Source of the DNA: Candidatus Hodarchaeota archaeon
Lineage (GTDB): Archaea; Asgardarchaeota; Heimdallarchaeia; Hodarchaeales; Hodarchaeaceae
Reading direction: 5' to 3'
Assembly: GCA_029856365.1 (NCBI GenBank)
Contig: JAHQWW010000003.1
Span: 1 to 64,000 of the forward strand
Length of the DNA stretch: 64,000 bases
The translations under genes were made by a program, and so were the position numbers. This document shows, one piece after another, positions 1 to 10,812 of this stretch (positions within the stretch are counted from its first letter, which is position 1; every line of letters starts with the position of its first letter). A model generated the notes under the pieces. That model did no database searches and was not told where the DNA came from. It saw nothing but the letters and a program-made list of their open reading frames with translations.

Positions 1-271
1 CACGTAGACCCAATTTGTGTGCGGTATATGCTGTGTAACTACTGTCTGTACCACCGCTGATTCCCATAACCGCATCGTAAGGTTTATTCTTTCCCTTTTT
101 CTTAATTTTATTAATCAAAGCATTTAATTTTCTAGGCTCTTTGGCATATACTAACTTCATTCCATAAGGGAAATTGATGTTACAGTGGTTACATACCCCT
201 TTTTCATCGAAGAAAATATCAGGATCCGTTGTATCCATTACGCACTTTGTACATACTCTGACATTATTCAT
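1..271 (-). CDS. N-acetyl sugar amidotransferase (WbuX/WbpG-like), 5' part only; runs off the window edge
   Basis: Manual translation from ATG at 271: MNNVRVCTKCVMDTTDPDIFFDEKGVCNHC...YDAVMGISGGTDSSY. Shows CxxC pairs and an SGGxDS PP-loop. Not in the ORF track. Confidence 0.85.
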   Translation of the reverse strand, partial: MNNVRVCTKCVMDTTDPDIFFDEKGVCNHCNINFPYGMKLVYAKEPRKLNALINKIKKKGKNKPYDAVMGISGGTDSSYTAYTAHKLGLR

Positions 272-273
272 GA

Positions 274-918
274 TTACTTCCATACCATTTTATAGATTTC
301 AAATGCTTCAGCGAATTCAAAGCCTGCCTTAAGACCATAATAGCGTAATAATCCATCATTCGCTTGTTCTTTCATATAGTATCGCTTGCTTTGACTTTTA
401 TAACAATTTAGAGCTTCTAATTTTTTCAAGACATCCTCTTTTGACACTTCTACAAATAATTTAGGATTGAAGGGTTCTACAATAATATTCCAAGAGAGAT
501 TATAACCTAAAATTATTTCAGCAGACCATTTAAACGATCTGAGCGTTTCAATAGCCGTTGTATGATGATCTTGGTGTAAATCATGTGAGGATGGGGTGAA
601 AACTATATGTGGCTCTAATTCGTCTCTTATTCGATCGAGTTCCTGAAGAATTTCTTGTCTCTCTTTATCAAAACCTTTGTTAGAATAATGAAAAAATTCA
701 CAGTTCCCCTCTGGTACCCCCATAATGTCAACAGATTTTTTCATTTCGTCAATAATGAGTATATTATCTTCTATATTTGTCAAAGCAATATAATAAACCT
801 CTGCTCCTAAACGTACACATTTAGCTAAAGTAGCTCCAGCACCTAACTCAACATCATCAGGATGAGGGGATATAAATAATACTTTCGTTTTAGAATCTGT
901 TATTAAATTCAAAGACAT
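274..918 (-). CDS. PIG-L/LmbE family N-acetylhexosamine deacetylase
   Basis: PHPDDVE and HQDH motifs. Confidence 0.9.
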   Translation of the reverse strand: MSLNLITDSKTKVLFISPHPDDVELGAGATLAKCVRLGAEVYYIALTNIEDNILIIDEMKKSVDIMGVPEGNCEFFHYSNKGFDKERQEILQELDRIRDELEPHIVFTPSSHDLHQDHHTTAIETLRSFKWSAEIILGYNLSWNIIVEPFNPKLFVEVSKEDVLKKLEALNCYKSQSKRYYMKEQANDGLLRYYGLKAGFEFAEAFEIYKMVWK

Positions 919-1754
919 TAGTATAACCTGAATTTTTTTAATAGTCCTTTTATTATTAAATTAACTTGATTTTTTTGGTATTCACGTAAAAAAATGGAAT
1001 AATCGGGATAATCAGAGGAAGGTTGTACAACAAAACCAATCATGAGTTGAATTCCTCTGATTAAACGTCGTTTGAGAATTATCTCCTTTATTGAACGACC
1101 GATGACATAGAATGGATGATAATTTGCATCCTTCATAGCTCTACCCCATTCAATATATTTGGTTGGATGTCCTTTACCACCAATACGGTCAAGAGAGTAT
1201 TTTATATCCTTAAAGTGGCCAACATTATAACCTAAATATCTAGCACAATGAATAACAGAACTTTCGTGGTCGAAATTTAATGGATATAACCCTCCCATAT
1301 AGTCAAAGATTTCTCTTCTAATCATTCGTCCCCCTCCAATAGGATGGTCAGGATTAAACCTTTTCATCAATTCTGGTCTATCAGGATGGCCGCTTGCAAC
1401 ACCATATCCTTCCATACGGTTAATTAATCTTTCAGCATAATCTTTAGGCAATTTCATATCTGCAGGAACAATGAAAAGATACTTCCACGCTTTTTTCCTT
1501 AGATATCGTAATCCTGCATTATACACATTAGCCATGACATAAGATGAGACGGCAGAATACCCTCTATCTTTCCTTCTTATCACTATAATCCCATATTTTT
1601 CTTTGTAATAATCTAAAATTTGAGGGGTGGTATCACTAGAGCCATCATCAACTACTACAATATAATTTGGTTTAATGGTCTGATTAAGAATTCGATCTAA
1701 TGTTTTGGCGATAATTTTTCCTTCATTACGAGCACACATCAAAATAGCATACAT
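918..1754 (-). CDS. Glycosyltransferase family 2
   Basis: N-terminal ARNE and VVVDDGSSD motifs. Confidence 0.85.
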   Translation of the reverse strand: MYAILMCARNEGKIIAKTLDRILNQTIKPNYIVVVDDGSSDTTPQILDYYKEKYGIIVIRRKDRGYSAVSSYVMANVYNAGLRYLRKKAWKYLFIVPADMKLPKDYAERLINRMEGYGVASGHPDRPELMKRFNPDHPIGGGRMIRREIFDYMGGLYPLNFDHESSVIHCARYLGYNVGHFKDIKYSLDRIGGKGHPTKYIEWGRAMKDANYHPFYVIGRSIKEIILKRRLIRGIQLMIGFVVQPSSDYPDYSIFLREYQKNQVNLIIKGLLKKFRLY

Positions 1755-1823
1755 TTATTTTGTCTTCCTATTGTAAACTCTGATTTTCACCAAAACATTA
1801 TCCAGTATTGCTTATATTTTTTC

Positions 1824-2648
1824 TTAAGTTTGATCTAACTCATTGAAGAGTATTTTTTGATAATTTTTTAAGATTTTAATAATTCCATCGGCTCCTATAT
1901 TGAACAGTGCATCCAATATTGAAAGTCCATTGATAAATTTGCCCTGAGCTTGATAATAAGGATTTTTTTCAAGAAAATCAAATATTTCCTGATAAATTAA
2001 TTTGATACCCAAATTCTCGAAATCCGCTTCAGCTTGGTATTCTCGAGCACCTGTTCCACTCAAGTAAACTGTTCCTTGAAAATGTTTAATAAGATTGAGA
2101 TTATACTCTGATTTCACTCCTTTCACTTGAAGTTTACTTGATAGCACTATGGCGTTATCTATAGATAATATTCCCATAATCCCCTTGATAGAATTCAAGT
2201 TAACATCGACTAATGATTCTACACTCTTGAAGCTTTGCATTAACTCTTTTATTTGTGGAAAATATTCCTTGAAGTATGGAGACTTATGATAAACCCCTTT
2301 TATTTGATTTAAATGCTTTGATTGCCAGTTTTGGTTATTATCAACGCTTAAATCCTTTATCAAAGAATAGTCACTAGTTTTTTTCACTGGAATGGTTAAG
2401 TATGTCTTTTCAGATGATGTTGGTGCTTTTCTAATTAGAGTTCTTTTTGTTAAGCTGCGTTTAGTAAATTTTACATTATCATGAAAAATAAAAACATCAC
2501 TACAAAATAATTTGTAGAAATAACCTAACCAAGGAAAGTAATTTGGTTGATGTATAGCTACTACAATTGTATTTCGTGATTTAAAATCAGATTTCTCTTC
2601 TTTCAAAGTGAAAACCATTTTATTATATTCAAACCGAGTATTATTCAT
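1824..2648 (-). CDS. wbqC: WbqC-like family protein
   Basis: IHQPNYFPWLGYF, YLSGTGA and LSILDALF motifs. Confidence 0.9.
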   Translation of the reverse strand: MNNTRFEYNKMVFTLKEEKSDFKSRNTIVVAIHQPNYFPWLGYFYKLFCSDVFIFHDNVKFTKRSLTKRTLIRKAPTSSEKTYLTIPVKKTSDYSLIKDLSVDNNQNWQSKHLNQIKGVYHKSPYFKEYFPQIKELMQSFKSVESLVDVNLNSIKGIMGILSIDNAIVLSSKLQVKGVKSEYNLNLIKHFQGTVYLSGTGAREYQAEADFENLGIKLIYQEIFDFLEKNPYYQAQGKFINGLSILDALFNIGADGIIKILKNYQKILFNELDQT

Positions 2649-2697
2649 TATATGATTATGTAATAGTAAATCTGGATTGTATTAACATAAGGTTAAG

Positions 2698-3717
2698 TTA
2701 TTCTTTACAAACCATAAAGTTTTTGAAAGGAATCCTTTCATTTTCTTGGCCAAAGAATTTTTTCACATATTTTTTCAATGATTCCCATTCAGTATCGCTG
2801 ATTTTTTGTTTATTACGATTTTGAAATCCTACTGGTATTTTTGGTATTTTTCCTCTTATTTTCATGTCCATTTCATTTTTGTCAATTAATTCGATAATTT
2901 TGTTCATTTGTTGTTGTGGGTTCTCAACTAGTTTTTCAAGTTGTATTATCACATAATCAGATCGGCTGATATTCTTTAAACTGTCTTCTATTGCCTTGAG
3001 AACGTAGAAAATCTGACCTGTGACCTGTTCATAATCATTACTCTTTTTTAATTCAAAATATTCTGGTGGTTTGAGAGAAAACCATTCTTTAGTGTTTCCA
3101 AAAATGGCTTTTCTTCCAAGCAGGATTGATTGTGCTTGATAGAGAGGATTTCGCAAACATATTACGAATTTGGCCTTATTTAGCGCCTTTTTTAGGAATG
3201 TGACCTGTAAGTTACAATATAAACTCCTGAATGCCATAGGTAGGGTGAAAACACTTTCTAATGCTGCTATTTCCTGTTTAAAGTATTTTAAATCAGTTTT
3301 TTTAATTAAATCCTTAGGCATCTTATGATTTTCATCGAATTGAAACCATCTTTGCCAGAAATAGCTAAAGTGATGTGGTTCATTCCATCCTGATGTTCTT
3401 CCATAATTCGATTGGAAAGACATTGGATGTGAGGTGCGAACTTCAAACGCTTTTTCCTGAAGTGCGCCAAAATATGGGGCTTTCCAAAATCTAGCTAAAA
3501 AATTTGAAATATATCCAAAATAACCCGTTTCTGCAACTAATTGATATAGTAGAGTAGTTGCACTTCTTGGTGCTCCGAGAATGAAAATAACGGACTTTTT
3601 AGGTTCGGTAAAAGTTGAAACTAATCCTTTTTCAATTGGTTCTAGAATATTGTTTATTTCCTCTAAGCTTCTTTCTGTTTTTGGATCTTTCTGGTACTCC
3701 TTTAACCGTTCACTCAT
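2698..3717 (-). CDS. PAPS-dependent sulfotransferase
   Basis: 5'-PSB loop FILGAPRSATTLL and 3'-PB motif RNPLYQAQS. Confidence 0.85.
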   Translation of the reverse strand: MSERLKEYQKDPKTERSLEEINNILEPIEKGLVSTFTEPKKSVIFILGAPRSATTLLYQLVAETGYFGYISNFLARFWKAPYFGALQEKAFEVRTSHPMSFQSNYGRTSGWNEPHHFSYFWQRWFQFDENHKMPKDLIKKTDLKYFKQEIAALESVFTLPMAFRSLYCNLQVTFLKKALNKAKFVICLRNPLYQAQSILLGRKAIFGNTKEWFSLKPPEYFELKKSNDYEQVTGQIFYVLKAIEDSLKNISRSDYVIIQLEKLVENPQQQMNKIIELIDKNEMDMKIRGKIPKIPVGFQNRNKQKISDTEWESLKKYVKKFFGQENERIPFKNFMVCKE

Positions 3718-3928
3718 GTGGATGACGATTTAATAACCTATTTTTAGAAGTAACTTATCTTCTGATAGGATGTCTTTGACTGTTAATACTAAGATTTAAA
3801 GTTATTACAAGTTATGTTATAAGAATTTGGTTTATTTACCCGAGTTTTAAGATTAAGTGGAGAATTTACTTTTATTGATGGGCGATTCATTAGTAAATTA
3901 AAAAAATCATCTTACATATTTCCTGTTA

Positions 3929-4765
3929 TTAAAAGTGTAAAAAGAACTTCCACCCAAAATAATCTCTCACTTCTTTATCTTTTAACCGCCATTTATTCTT
4001 TCTTGCTTGAAAATATCCTTTAAGCAGTGTTAAACCACCTGTTCTGGCTAAAACAACCTTCATAAGAAGTAGAATTGGATTGTAACCAAAAAGATAAGTT
4101 AAACGACCATTACGATGAAGATCTTTCTTTACAACACGAGTAGTAGGTCGGCTAGTGTAAAAATGAGTATCGTCAACTTGAGGAGCTTTAAACTTTCTTA
4201 TTTTAGCTTTTGTATTTATCCAAGTATCCCAAGCGACTTCAGGAAAATCATCCAAGTCTATTGTTTTTAGAAATGATGTCTTAATGACTTTACCTGCTCC
4301 TCTAGCATCTTTTCTACCCACTTTCGCCCCTATATTTATTTCTTCCTCGTATTCGTCATCTTCAGTTTTGACGACAAGTACTCCCGATGCACAAGCATAA
4401 TCTGGATTTTTTTCCAGTATGTCTATCATTTTATAATAATAATGTTTAGATGGTCTAGTATCGGTATCAATTATTGATAAATAATCTATATCAGTATCTT
4501 TAATGCTTAACCATGCCTTTTTCAAACCTCTTCCAATGGTATCTAAGTTAGGCTCATCTTTTTTTGGCATAACAAGAGGCTCAATATTTAACTCCCCATA
4601 TTTTTCAGATAAACGTTTTATTTCTTCCAATACACGTTGATCAGGTGAACCATCATCAATAAAAATAGTTTTTATGGGTTTTAATGTTTGTTCCATTAAT
4701 GATTTAGCAAGTTCTTCGAGTGGCTCAAACTCGTTGTATACTTGCACTAATATACAGAGTTTCAA
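3929..4765 (-). CDS. Glycosyltransferase family 2
   Basis: VYNE, FIDDGS and DTD (DxD) motifs. Confidence 0.85.
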   Translation of the reverse strand: MKLCILVQVYNEFEPLEELAKSLMEQTLKPIKTIFIDDGSPDQRVLEEIKRLSEKYGELNIEPLVMPKKDEPNLDTIGRGLKKAWLSIKDTDIDYLSIIDTDTRPSKHYYYKMIDILEKNPDYACASGVLVVKTEDDEYEEEINIGAKVGRKDARGAGKVIKTSFLKTIDLDDFPEVAWDTWINTKAKIRKFKAPQVDDTHFYTSRPTTRVVKKDLHRNGRLTYLFGYNPILLLMKVVLARTGGLTLLKGYFQARKNKWRLKDKEVRDYFGWKFFLHF

Positions 4766-4932
4766 TGATTATCTCCTTGTTTTTTCCAGATTAAATTCAC
4801 TAAATATCTTTTGGATTATTGAATTCCTCTCTTTTTTCCGATATTGTCTTACTATTTTCTTTAAATTGGCTTTTTTACTAATTTTTGAGATCCTTGTCCG
4901 ATTTCTTGTGAATTGCAGCATGTTGGAAGGAA

Positions 4933-5946
4933 TTAAACCTCATCCTGAGTTAATATTGGCTTTGATGCATCTTTTCTTAGTCTTTGTGTAATTACCATAA
5001 GGAATATTAGCCCCAAGGTTACACCAAACCATAAAGTTGTCATTCGTATCAGAATAACCAAGGCTCCAGCCGTTGATAAACTAATAACTAGAAAGTTTAC
5101 TAAGAATAACTCCATGCTACCCTCCATTATACCTAATCCACCAGGAAGGAAAGATAAAGCTCCAAGGAGAGATGAGGTTGCATAAATAAAGATAGAGGCT
5201 TCAAATGTAATAGATATCCCCAGACTCTGTGCCAACAAGAAAAAACCCAGGCCCTCACATGCCCATCCTATGATTCCTAATAGCAAGGCTCCCAAAAACA
5301 CGTCGTAATGAAAGGTGACCACTACATCTGATCGAAATTTATCTATTTTCTTTCCCACTCCAAACAACGGCTTTAAATGGAAGATCCAGCTAAAAAGATT
5401 ATATAATGGATCGAATAAGGTAATTAAAACTCCCATGAGAATTCCGAAAAGAATTATTACAAGCACAAGTAAGAAATCAACTGATTGTTGAAAACCCAAG
5501 ATTAAGATTCCTATTAGCGCCAGGATAGTCACCGCTAGTAAGTCTATTAATCGTTCTGAGAAAGTGGAAGCAAGACCTTTTGAGAGATCTACAGAACTTG
5601 TTTTTTGTAGAAAAAAGGCCCTAATAGACTCACCAACTTTTGCAGGAGTTATCGACAGACTTAGACCTGCGAAAAATATTAGAAAGTTCTCTTTGAACGG
5701 GATTTCAAGTTCTAGACTTCGTGTGAATAGAAGCCATTTGAAAAATCTGCAAAAATAATTTCCCAAGCTTAGAAACACAGCTAATATGACCACTACAGGA
5801 TCAACAGTGATTATTTGTTTTATCAGATCCTCCCAATCACTGAAAATCATTATGAGAAGGTAAACGAATATTGCCAGTATTATGGTAAAAAGAAAAGAAC
5901 GGAAATTCAAAACTTGAGGTATAGTTTCCTTTTTTAACGTTTCCAT
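4933..5946 (-). CDS. UPF0104 / lysylphosphatidylglycerol-synthase-TM family flippase-like membrane protein
   Basis: Multiple TM helices; TPAKVGE, ERLIDL and PGGLG motifs. Confidence 0.85.
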   Translation of the reverse strand: METLKKETIPQVLNFRSFLFTIILAIFVYLLIMIFSDWEDLIKQIITVDPVVVILAVFLSLGNYFCRFFKWLLFTRSLELEIPFKENFLIFFAGLSLSITPAKVGESIRAFFLQKTSSVDLSKGLASTFSERLIDLLAVTILALIGILILGFQQSVDFLLVLVIILFGILMGVLITLFDPLYNLFSWIFHLKPLFGVGKKIDKFRSDVVVTFHYDVFLGALLLGIIGWACEGLGFFLLAQSLGISITFEASIFIYATSSLLGALSFLPGGLGIMEGSMELFLVNFLVISLSTAGALVILIRMTTLWFGVTLGLIFLMVITQRLRKDASKPILTQDEV

Positions 5947-5989
5947 TTAAAAAACCATGAAATTAACTTAAATCAAGGGGTTTAACCAG

Positions 5990-7051
5990 TTAATAGACTA
6001 ATAATCTCTTTAAATGAGGATCTTTTGTGAGTTTCTCTGTTATCCGCTTTATGTCTCGAGCACTATTCCTATGACAAACAAATACACAGTCATTGGTATC
6101 TATGATCACTAAATTTGAAATTCCTAACGCTACTACTGGTTTTTCTCCAAAAATTACGCTATTCTTCACATCAATTCCCATAAAATCCCCGTGAATAATG
6201 TTTCCATCTGAATCTGATTCTGAGATGCAGTCTAAAGAATCCCATGTACCTATATCGTCCCAAGGAAAATCTCCTTTCACAACTACTAAATCGGATGTTT
6301 TCTCCATAACGCCATAATCAATTGAGACTTTTGGGAGGGAAAGAAAAGCGTTATATACCTCCTTTTCATCAAATTCTGACTCCCGAATTTTTTCTAGGGC
6401 TTGAAAGAGAGATGGTATATATTTGCGAATTTTTTCATATAGGACCGAAGGTTTGACAATAAACATACCAGAATTCCACAAATACCCCTGCTTAATATAT
6501 TCTTGAACTTTAACTTCATCTGGCTTCTCCTTGAAGCTCTCAACGTCATATATTGGAACAGGAGTTTGAGTAATCCTTTTTCCAGGACTGATATATCCAA
6601 AACGAGTTTCATTACGACTTGGTTTTATTCCAATTGTTGAAATCTTTCCTTTTTCGGCCAATTGAACTGCAGCTTCTAAAACTTCTTTAAAACGGGTTAT
6701 ATCTGGTAAATGATAATCTGCTCCCATAAATAGTATTACTTCATCTTTGTTTTCGTTAAGAAACTGTGCACAAACATAGCCCATACCGGCTGCAGAATCA
6801 CGACCCAACGGTTCTACTATCATTCGAGCTAGAGGTAATTGTTCTCGGATAATTGGTACAAATTCTTTTCGTATAGATACTGAGGTGTTCTTCTCTCCAA
6901 CAATTTGACAAGCAATCTCGAAAGTTCGTTGAATTAAAGATTTTTTTCCATCAAGAGAGATGAATTGTTTAGGCTTATTCTTACGTGATTTTGGCCACAA
7001 ACGTTCTCCTCCTCCTCCAGCTAAAATTACAATATAAACCACTGGTTTCAC
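5990..7051 (-). CDS. manC: Mannose-1-phosphate guanylyltransferase
   Basis: LAGGGGERLWP, PKQF, FKEKP, WNSGMF, SIDYGVME and WDDIG motifs. Confidence 0.93.
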   Translation of the reverse strand: MKPVVYIVILAGGGGERLWPKSRKNKPKQFISLDGKKSLIQRTFEIACQIVGEKNTSVSIRKEFVPIIREQLPLARMIVEPLGRDSAAGMGYVCAQFLNENKDEVILFMGADYHLPDITRFKEVLEAAVQLAEKGKISTIGIKPSRNETRFGYISPGKRITQTPVPIYDVESFKEKPDEVKVQEYIKQGYLWNSGMFIVKPSVLYEKIRKYIPSLFQALEKIRESEFDEKEVYNAFLSLPKVSIDYGVMEKTSDLVVVKGDFPWDDIGTWDSLDCISESDSDGNIIHGDFMGIDVKNSVIFGEKPVVALGISNLVIIDTNDCVFVCHRNSARDIKRITEKLTKDPHLKRLLVY

Positions 7052-7165
7052 CTTACTCCAACAGAAATGTCAAACATTATTCTTTCTTTTTTTAAAGTTG
7101 TTATAAAATTGATTGAGAGCTAATTATGATTTTGATCAACGTATTTTCACTCTTCAAGTTGATTT

Positions 7166-7540
7166 CTATTGAATATGGAGATTGACTAATCGGATTAACT
7201 CTTTAGAACTAAATGGTTTAGTGATATATTCAACAGCTCCCGCTTGTAGTCCTAGTTCTATATCATGACTTAGAATCTTAGCAGAAAAAATAATAATTGG
7301 AATATTTTTGTATATTTCATCTTTTTTGAGACGGTGACATACATCAAGCCCAGATAATCCACCAGGCATTTTAATATCTAAAAGTATTAAATCAGGTATC
7401 TTTTGGACCTGTTCAAGGGCTTCTTTCCCATTTAATGCTTCCCAAATTTCGAATCCTTCATATTCTAAGATTGTACGGAGTAAACTGAGTGTATCTACTT
7501 CATCATCGACGATTAAAATCCTCTTTTTTTCAATAGGCAT
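7166..7540 (-). CDS. Stand-alone response regulator receiver domain
   Basis: ILIVDDE, LLDIKMP (phospho-Asp) and ITKPF motifs. Confidence 0.93.
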   Translation of the reverse strand: MPIEKKRILIVDDEVDTLSLLRTILEYEGFEIWEALNGKEALEQVQKIPDLILLDIKMPGGLSGLDVCHRLKKDEIYKNIPIIIFSAKILSHDIELGLQAGAVEYITKPFSSKELIRLVNLHIQ

Positions 7541-7789
7541 TGTTTAAACCGAATTGAATATATTTTCCCAAACACCGTTGATTAGAGTTAGATTTTATAA
7601 GGGCTATATAAGCCTTTATAGTAAAAAACAAAAAAACTCCCGACAATTAAAAGGTATGATTTAGTAGTGTCAAAAAGCTCCTTCAAACGAGGCTAACTTC
7701 TCTGTTTATGCTATAATTCATCCAATTTCAAGGCCTGGCCTAATTCTCTAAAAAAAAGGATTAAGCTGAAAAAAATCTGTACAGATGTG

Positions 7790-8968
7790 TTAACATAACA
7801 GGTTGTATAGTGTCCCACGCTCGCATGATGTTCTTTGAAGTTGATGAATACTCCTCTGAATTTTTTCAGGAGTAGCAAGCTGTCCAAATAGCCCACCAGC
7901 CGAACGTGTTATGTTTTCCTCAAATAATGTTCCCCCGAAATCGTTGCAGCCAGCTGTTAATGTGATCTGAGCCATTGGAAACCCTAATTTTACCCAAGAC
8001 GTTTGAATGTTCTTAAATAGGTCTCCTAAAAATAATCGGGAGACAGCATAAAATTTTATATAATCTAAGCTACTTAATTCATGAAAAGAATGATTTTGCT
8101 TTAATTGCGTATTTTCTGCAATGAAGGGAAGGGGAATAAATTCTGTAAAACCATGGGTTTTTTCCTGAATCATTCGTAATATTGAGAGATGACGAACCCA
8201 ATGTTGAGAATTTTCGATATGGCCAAAAAGAATTGTGGCTGTTGTTGGAATCCCCAGCTGATGGGATAATTCAATAATATGAATCCATTCAGCACTACTC
8301 AATTTGTGGGGACATATGACTTTACGAATATTATCGTCAAGAATTTCGGCTGCTGTTCCAGGTATAGATCCTAAACCATGTTTTTTAAATTCCAATAAAA
8401 CATCTTCGACATCTTCTTTTATAGAATTAGCTGCATGAGTAATTTCTTGAGGAGAAAATGCATGAATATGAAGAGTAGGATCAATCTCTTTTAAATTCTG
8501 AAGGATTTCAAGATATGAATCAAAATCCACTGCAGGATGAATCCCTCCTTGAACACAGACCTCCGTTATATGATATGGATATGTTTGCTCAATTTTTTTT
8601 CTGATACTTTCAATTGAAATATCGAAATATCCCTCTTTTGAACCAAGAGGTACAGAATATGCACAAAACAGACAATTATTTGAACAGATATTAGTGAAGT
8701 TTATGTTACGATTAACAACGTATGTTATTATGGATCCTACTTGACGTTCTCTTATTATGTCTGCTACCTGACCTAAAAGATAAATTTCACGTCCCTGCGC
8801 CGAAAAGAGAATCGATAATTCTTCAACTGTAGGAATCTCATCATTTAGAATCTGTTTCAGTACATTACGGAGTTCTCTTCTGGCTTTTCGTAGATCAAAC
8901 TCCTCTAGGTCAGTCCGTTTCGCCGTTTTATCTAACCATCCGTGTTTCAAGTTTTTTAATAGAAGCAA
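7790..8968 (-). CDS. cofH: FO synthase subunit CofH (radical SAM)
   Basis: NRNINFTNICSNNCLFC, PGTAAEIL, NIQTSWVKLG and NDFGGTLFEENI motifs; next to cofG. Start codon uncertain. Confidence 0.92.
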   Translation of the reverse strand: MLLLKNLKHGWLDKTAKRTDLEEFDLRKARRELRNVLKQILNDEIPTVEELSILFSAQGREIYLLGQVADIIRERQVGSIITYVVNRNINFTNICSNNCLFCAYSVPLGSKEGYFDISIESIRKKIEQTYPYHITEVCVQGGIHPAVDFDSYLEILQNLKEIDPTLHIHAFSPQEITHAANSIKEDVEDVLLEFKKHGLGSIPGTAAEILDDNIRKVICPHKLSSAEWIHIIELSHQLGIPTTATILFGHIENSQHWVRHLSILRMIQEKTHGFTEFIPLPFIAENTQLKQNHSFHELSSLDYIKFYAVSRLFLGDLFKNIQTSWVKLGFPMAQITLTAGCNDFGGTLFEENITRSAGGLFGQLATPEKIQRSIHQLQRTSCERGTLYNLLC

Positions 8969-10076
8969 GCTTATAAACTTGTGGTGAGAGCCACTCTAAA
9001 TTAATGTAGCGAGGGTATACTGGGAGTCTCTCACACAATTGATACCCAATTTTTCTGGTAATCTGTTCCAGTTTAGAAAATGAAGGCCAATTATGATCTG
9101 GATTTATAAAATCCAGCGTAATGGAAGAAACTCCTCCCCAATCAGACATTCCTGCTTCTAGAAAGCGATGTTCATGGCCCTCTACAAGATTTGGAGGGAT
9201 TTGAATTGAAATTTCAGGGGGGAGGATATGACGTGCAATGATAAGGATTTTTTCCATCAAATCTATTGATGGAGGAGGGAAGTTCGCCATAATACTATTT
9301 CTATTAGGTTGAAAATTCTGAATAATCACTTCTTGAAGGTGTCGATACTTCTGATGGACATTTTTCAAAGCAAATAAACTTGCTACGATTTCTTCCAGAG
9401 TTTCACCAATTCCAACTAAAATCCCACTTGTGAATGGGATTTTCAATTTTCCTGCTTTTTCAATAGTAGCCATTCTTTTTTTGGGATGTTTATCAGGAGA
9501 TTGTTCATGGGGTAAACCTAAATGTGTTAATCTTGAGCTTATCGTTTCAAGCATCAACCCTATACTAGCGGATACTTCACGTAAATAGCTAAGTTCATCA
9601 AAAGTCAATGTTCCACTGTTTATATGGGGTAATAACTCGTATTTCAAAGCTTTTTCAGCGATAAAGTAAGTATACTCGATTGTTGTGTTAAATCCGTGGT
9701 TTGATAACCATTTCTTTGCATAAGGATATTTTTTTTCAGGTTTGTCTCCCATCGTAATGAGAACTTCGGATACCTTATGGGTTCTTGCATTGGTTAAAAT
9801 TTTCTCTATTTTTTCTGGCTTTAAGAACTCTTGGCCTCGGGGTACCTTGGAACGACGAAATCCACAATAATGACATGCATTCCGACAGAGAAACGTTAAA
9901 GGAATAAAAATGTTGTTTGTAAATGTAATTTGGTTTTGATAAACATTGAAAGCAATAGATTGAGCAGATTTTTTCCAAAGACTTATTTCATTTGGATCAT
10001 TTTGATGTAAAAATTCTATTGCTTGGTTAATAGTTATTGATTTGGGAGGATTAAGTGAAGAGGTATTAAATGCCAA
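8928..10076 (-). CDS. cofG: FO synthase subunit CofG (radical SAM)
   Basis: FIPLTFLCRNACHYC, PFTSGILVGIGE, QIPPNL, DWGGVS and ERLPVYP motifs. Confidence 0.93.
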   Translation of the reverse strand: MAFNTSSLNPPKSITINQAIEFLHQNDPNEISLWKKSAQSIAFNVYQNQITFTNNIFIPLTFLCRNACHYCGFRRSKVPRGQEFLKPEKIEKILTNARTHKVSEVLITMGDKPEKKYPYAKKWLSNHGFNTTIEYTYFIAEKALKYELLPHINSGTLTFDELSYLREVSASIGLMLETISSRLTHLGLPHEQSPDKHPKKRMATIEKAGKLKIPFTSGILVGIGETLEEIVASLFALKNVHQKYRHLQEVIIQNFQPNRNSIMANFPPPSIDLMEKILIIARHILPPEISIQIPPNLVEGHEHRFLEAGMSDWGGVSSITLDFINPDHNWPSFSKLEQITRKIGYQLCERLPVYPRYINLEWLSPQVYKLASIKKLETRMVR

Positions 10077-10093
10077 AACTAGGCCTCGGTTTG

Positions 10094-10747
10094 TTAATAT
10101 AACATTAATTCTATCTGTTCTAATATTCTTCTAAAGCGAGTTGGCTGAAAAACCATGGTTAAATGCTGTTTTAAGTATTTAACATCATTAATAGTATCTA
10201 AGTCTCGAGCAAAGGGATCAAAGTTGAGTACACGATATTTAAGATTTTTAGTATTAGCCTCTGCTTGAAATCGTTTGGAACTATTTTCCCCGAATTGTAA
10301 TGATAAAAAATTACGATTTCTTAAATACAACGCAGCGGTTCCCGAGTTTTTATCGCTTGAGATTGAGGGAACAATCAGTACATCAGTATAGATAGTTTCT
10401 TTTAACAATTGTTGTAAAAATTCTTGAGATATGTATGGTAAATCTGGCATAAGAATTAAAATCGGTTGTTCTTGTGATATTTCTTGTATAGCTTCTGTTA
10501 ACGCCAAATTTAAATCAATACCCAAGTCACAATAAGTGAATGTAGCTCCTAATTCCTCACTTTGATTTATAATAGAAATAGAAGGAGAAATAACACCAAA
10601 AGGACATGAAACTGATCTTATGGTGTCAATGGTTTGAAAAAATGTGATTTCTACTAAATTATCTATAAGTGTAGAAAATTTAGCAGGTACCACTGCTTTT
10701 ATTCGTGTTTTTGTTTCTACAAAATCCTTAATCGGAATAAGTATCAT
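10094..10747 (-). CDS. cofC: 2-phospho-L-lactate/PEP guanylyltransferase
   Basis: IPIK...KTR, DLN.AL, MPDLP, FGENS and DLDT..D motifs; cof context. Confidence 0.85.
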   Translation of the reverse strand: MILIPIKDFVETKTRIKAVVPAKFSTLIDNLVEITFFQTIDTIRSVSCPFGVISPSISIINQSEELGATFTYCDLGIDLNLALTEAIQEISQEQPILILMPDLPYISQEFLQQLLKETIYTDVLIVPSISSDKNSGTAALYLRNRNFLSLQFGENSSKRFQAEANTKNLKYRVLNFDPFARDLDTINDVKYLKQHLTMVFQPTRFRRILEQIELMLY

Positions 10748-10812
10748 AGTCTTAGGTTTTTCCAGAAGTCAAACACCTTCGTCAGTTCACGAAAGGTTGG
10801 AACTTATTTTTA

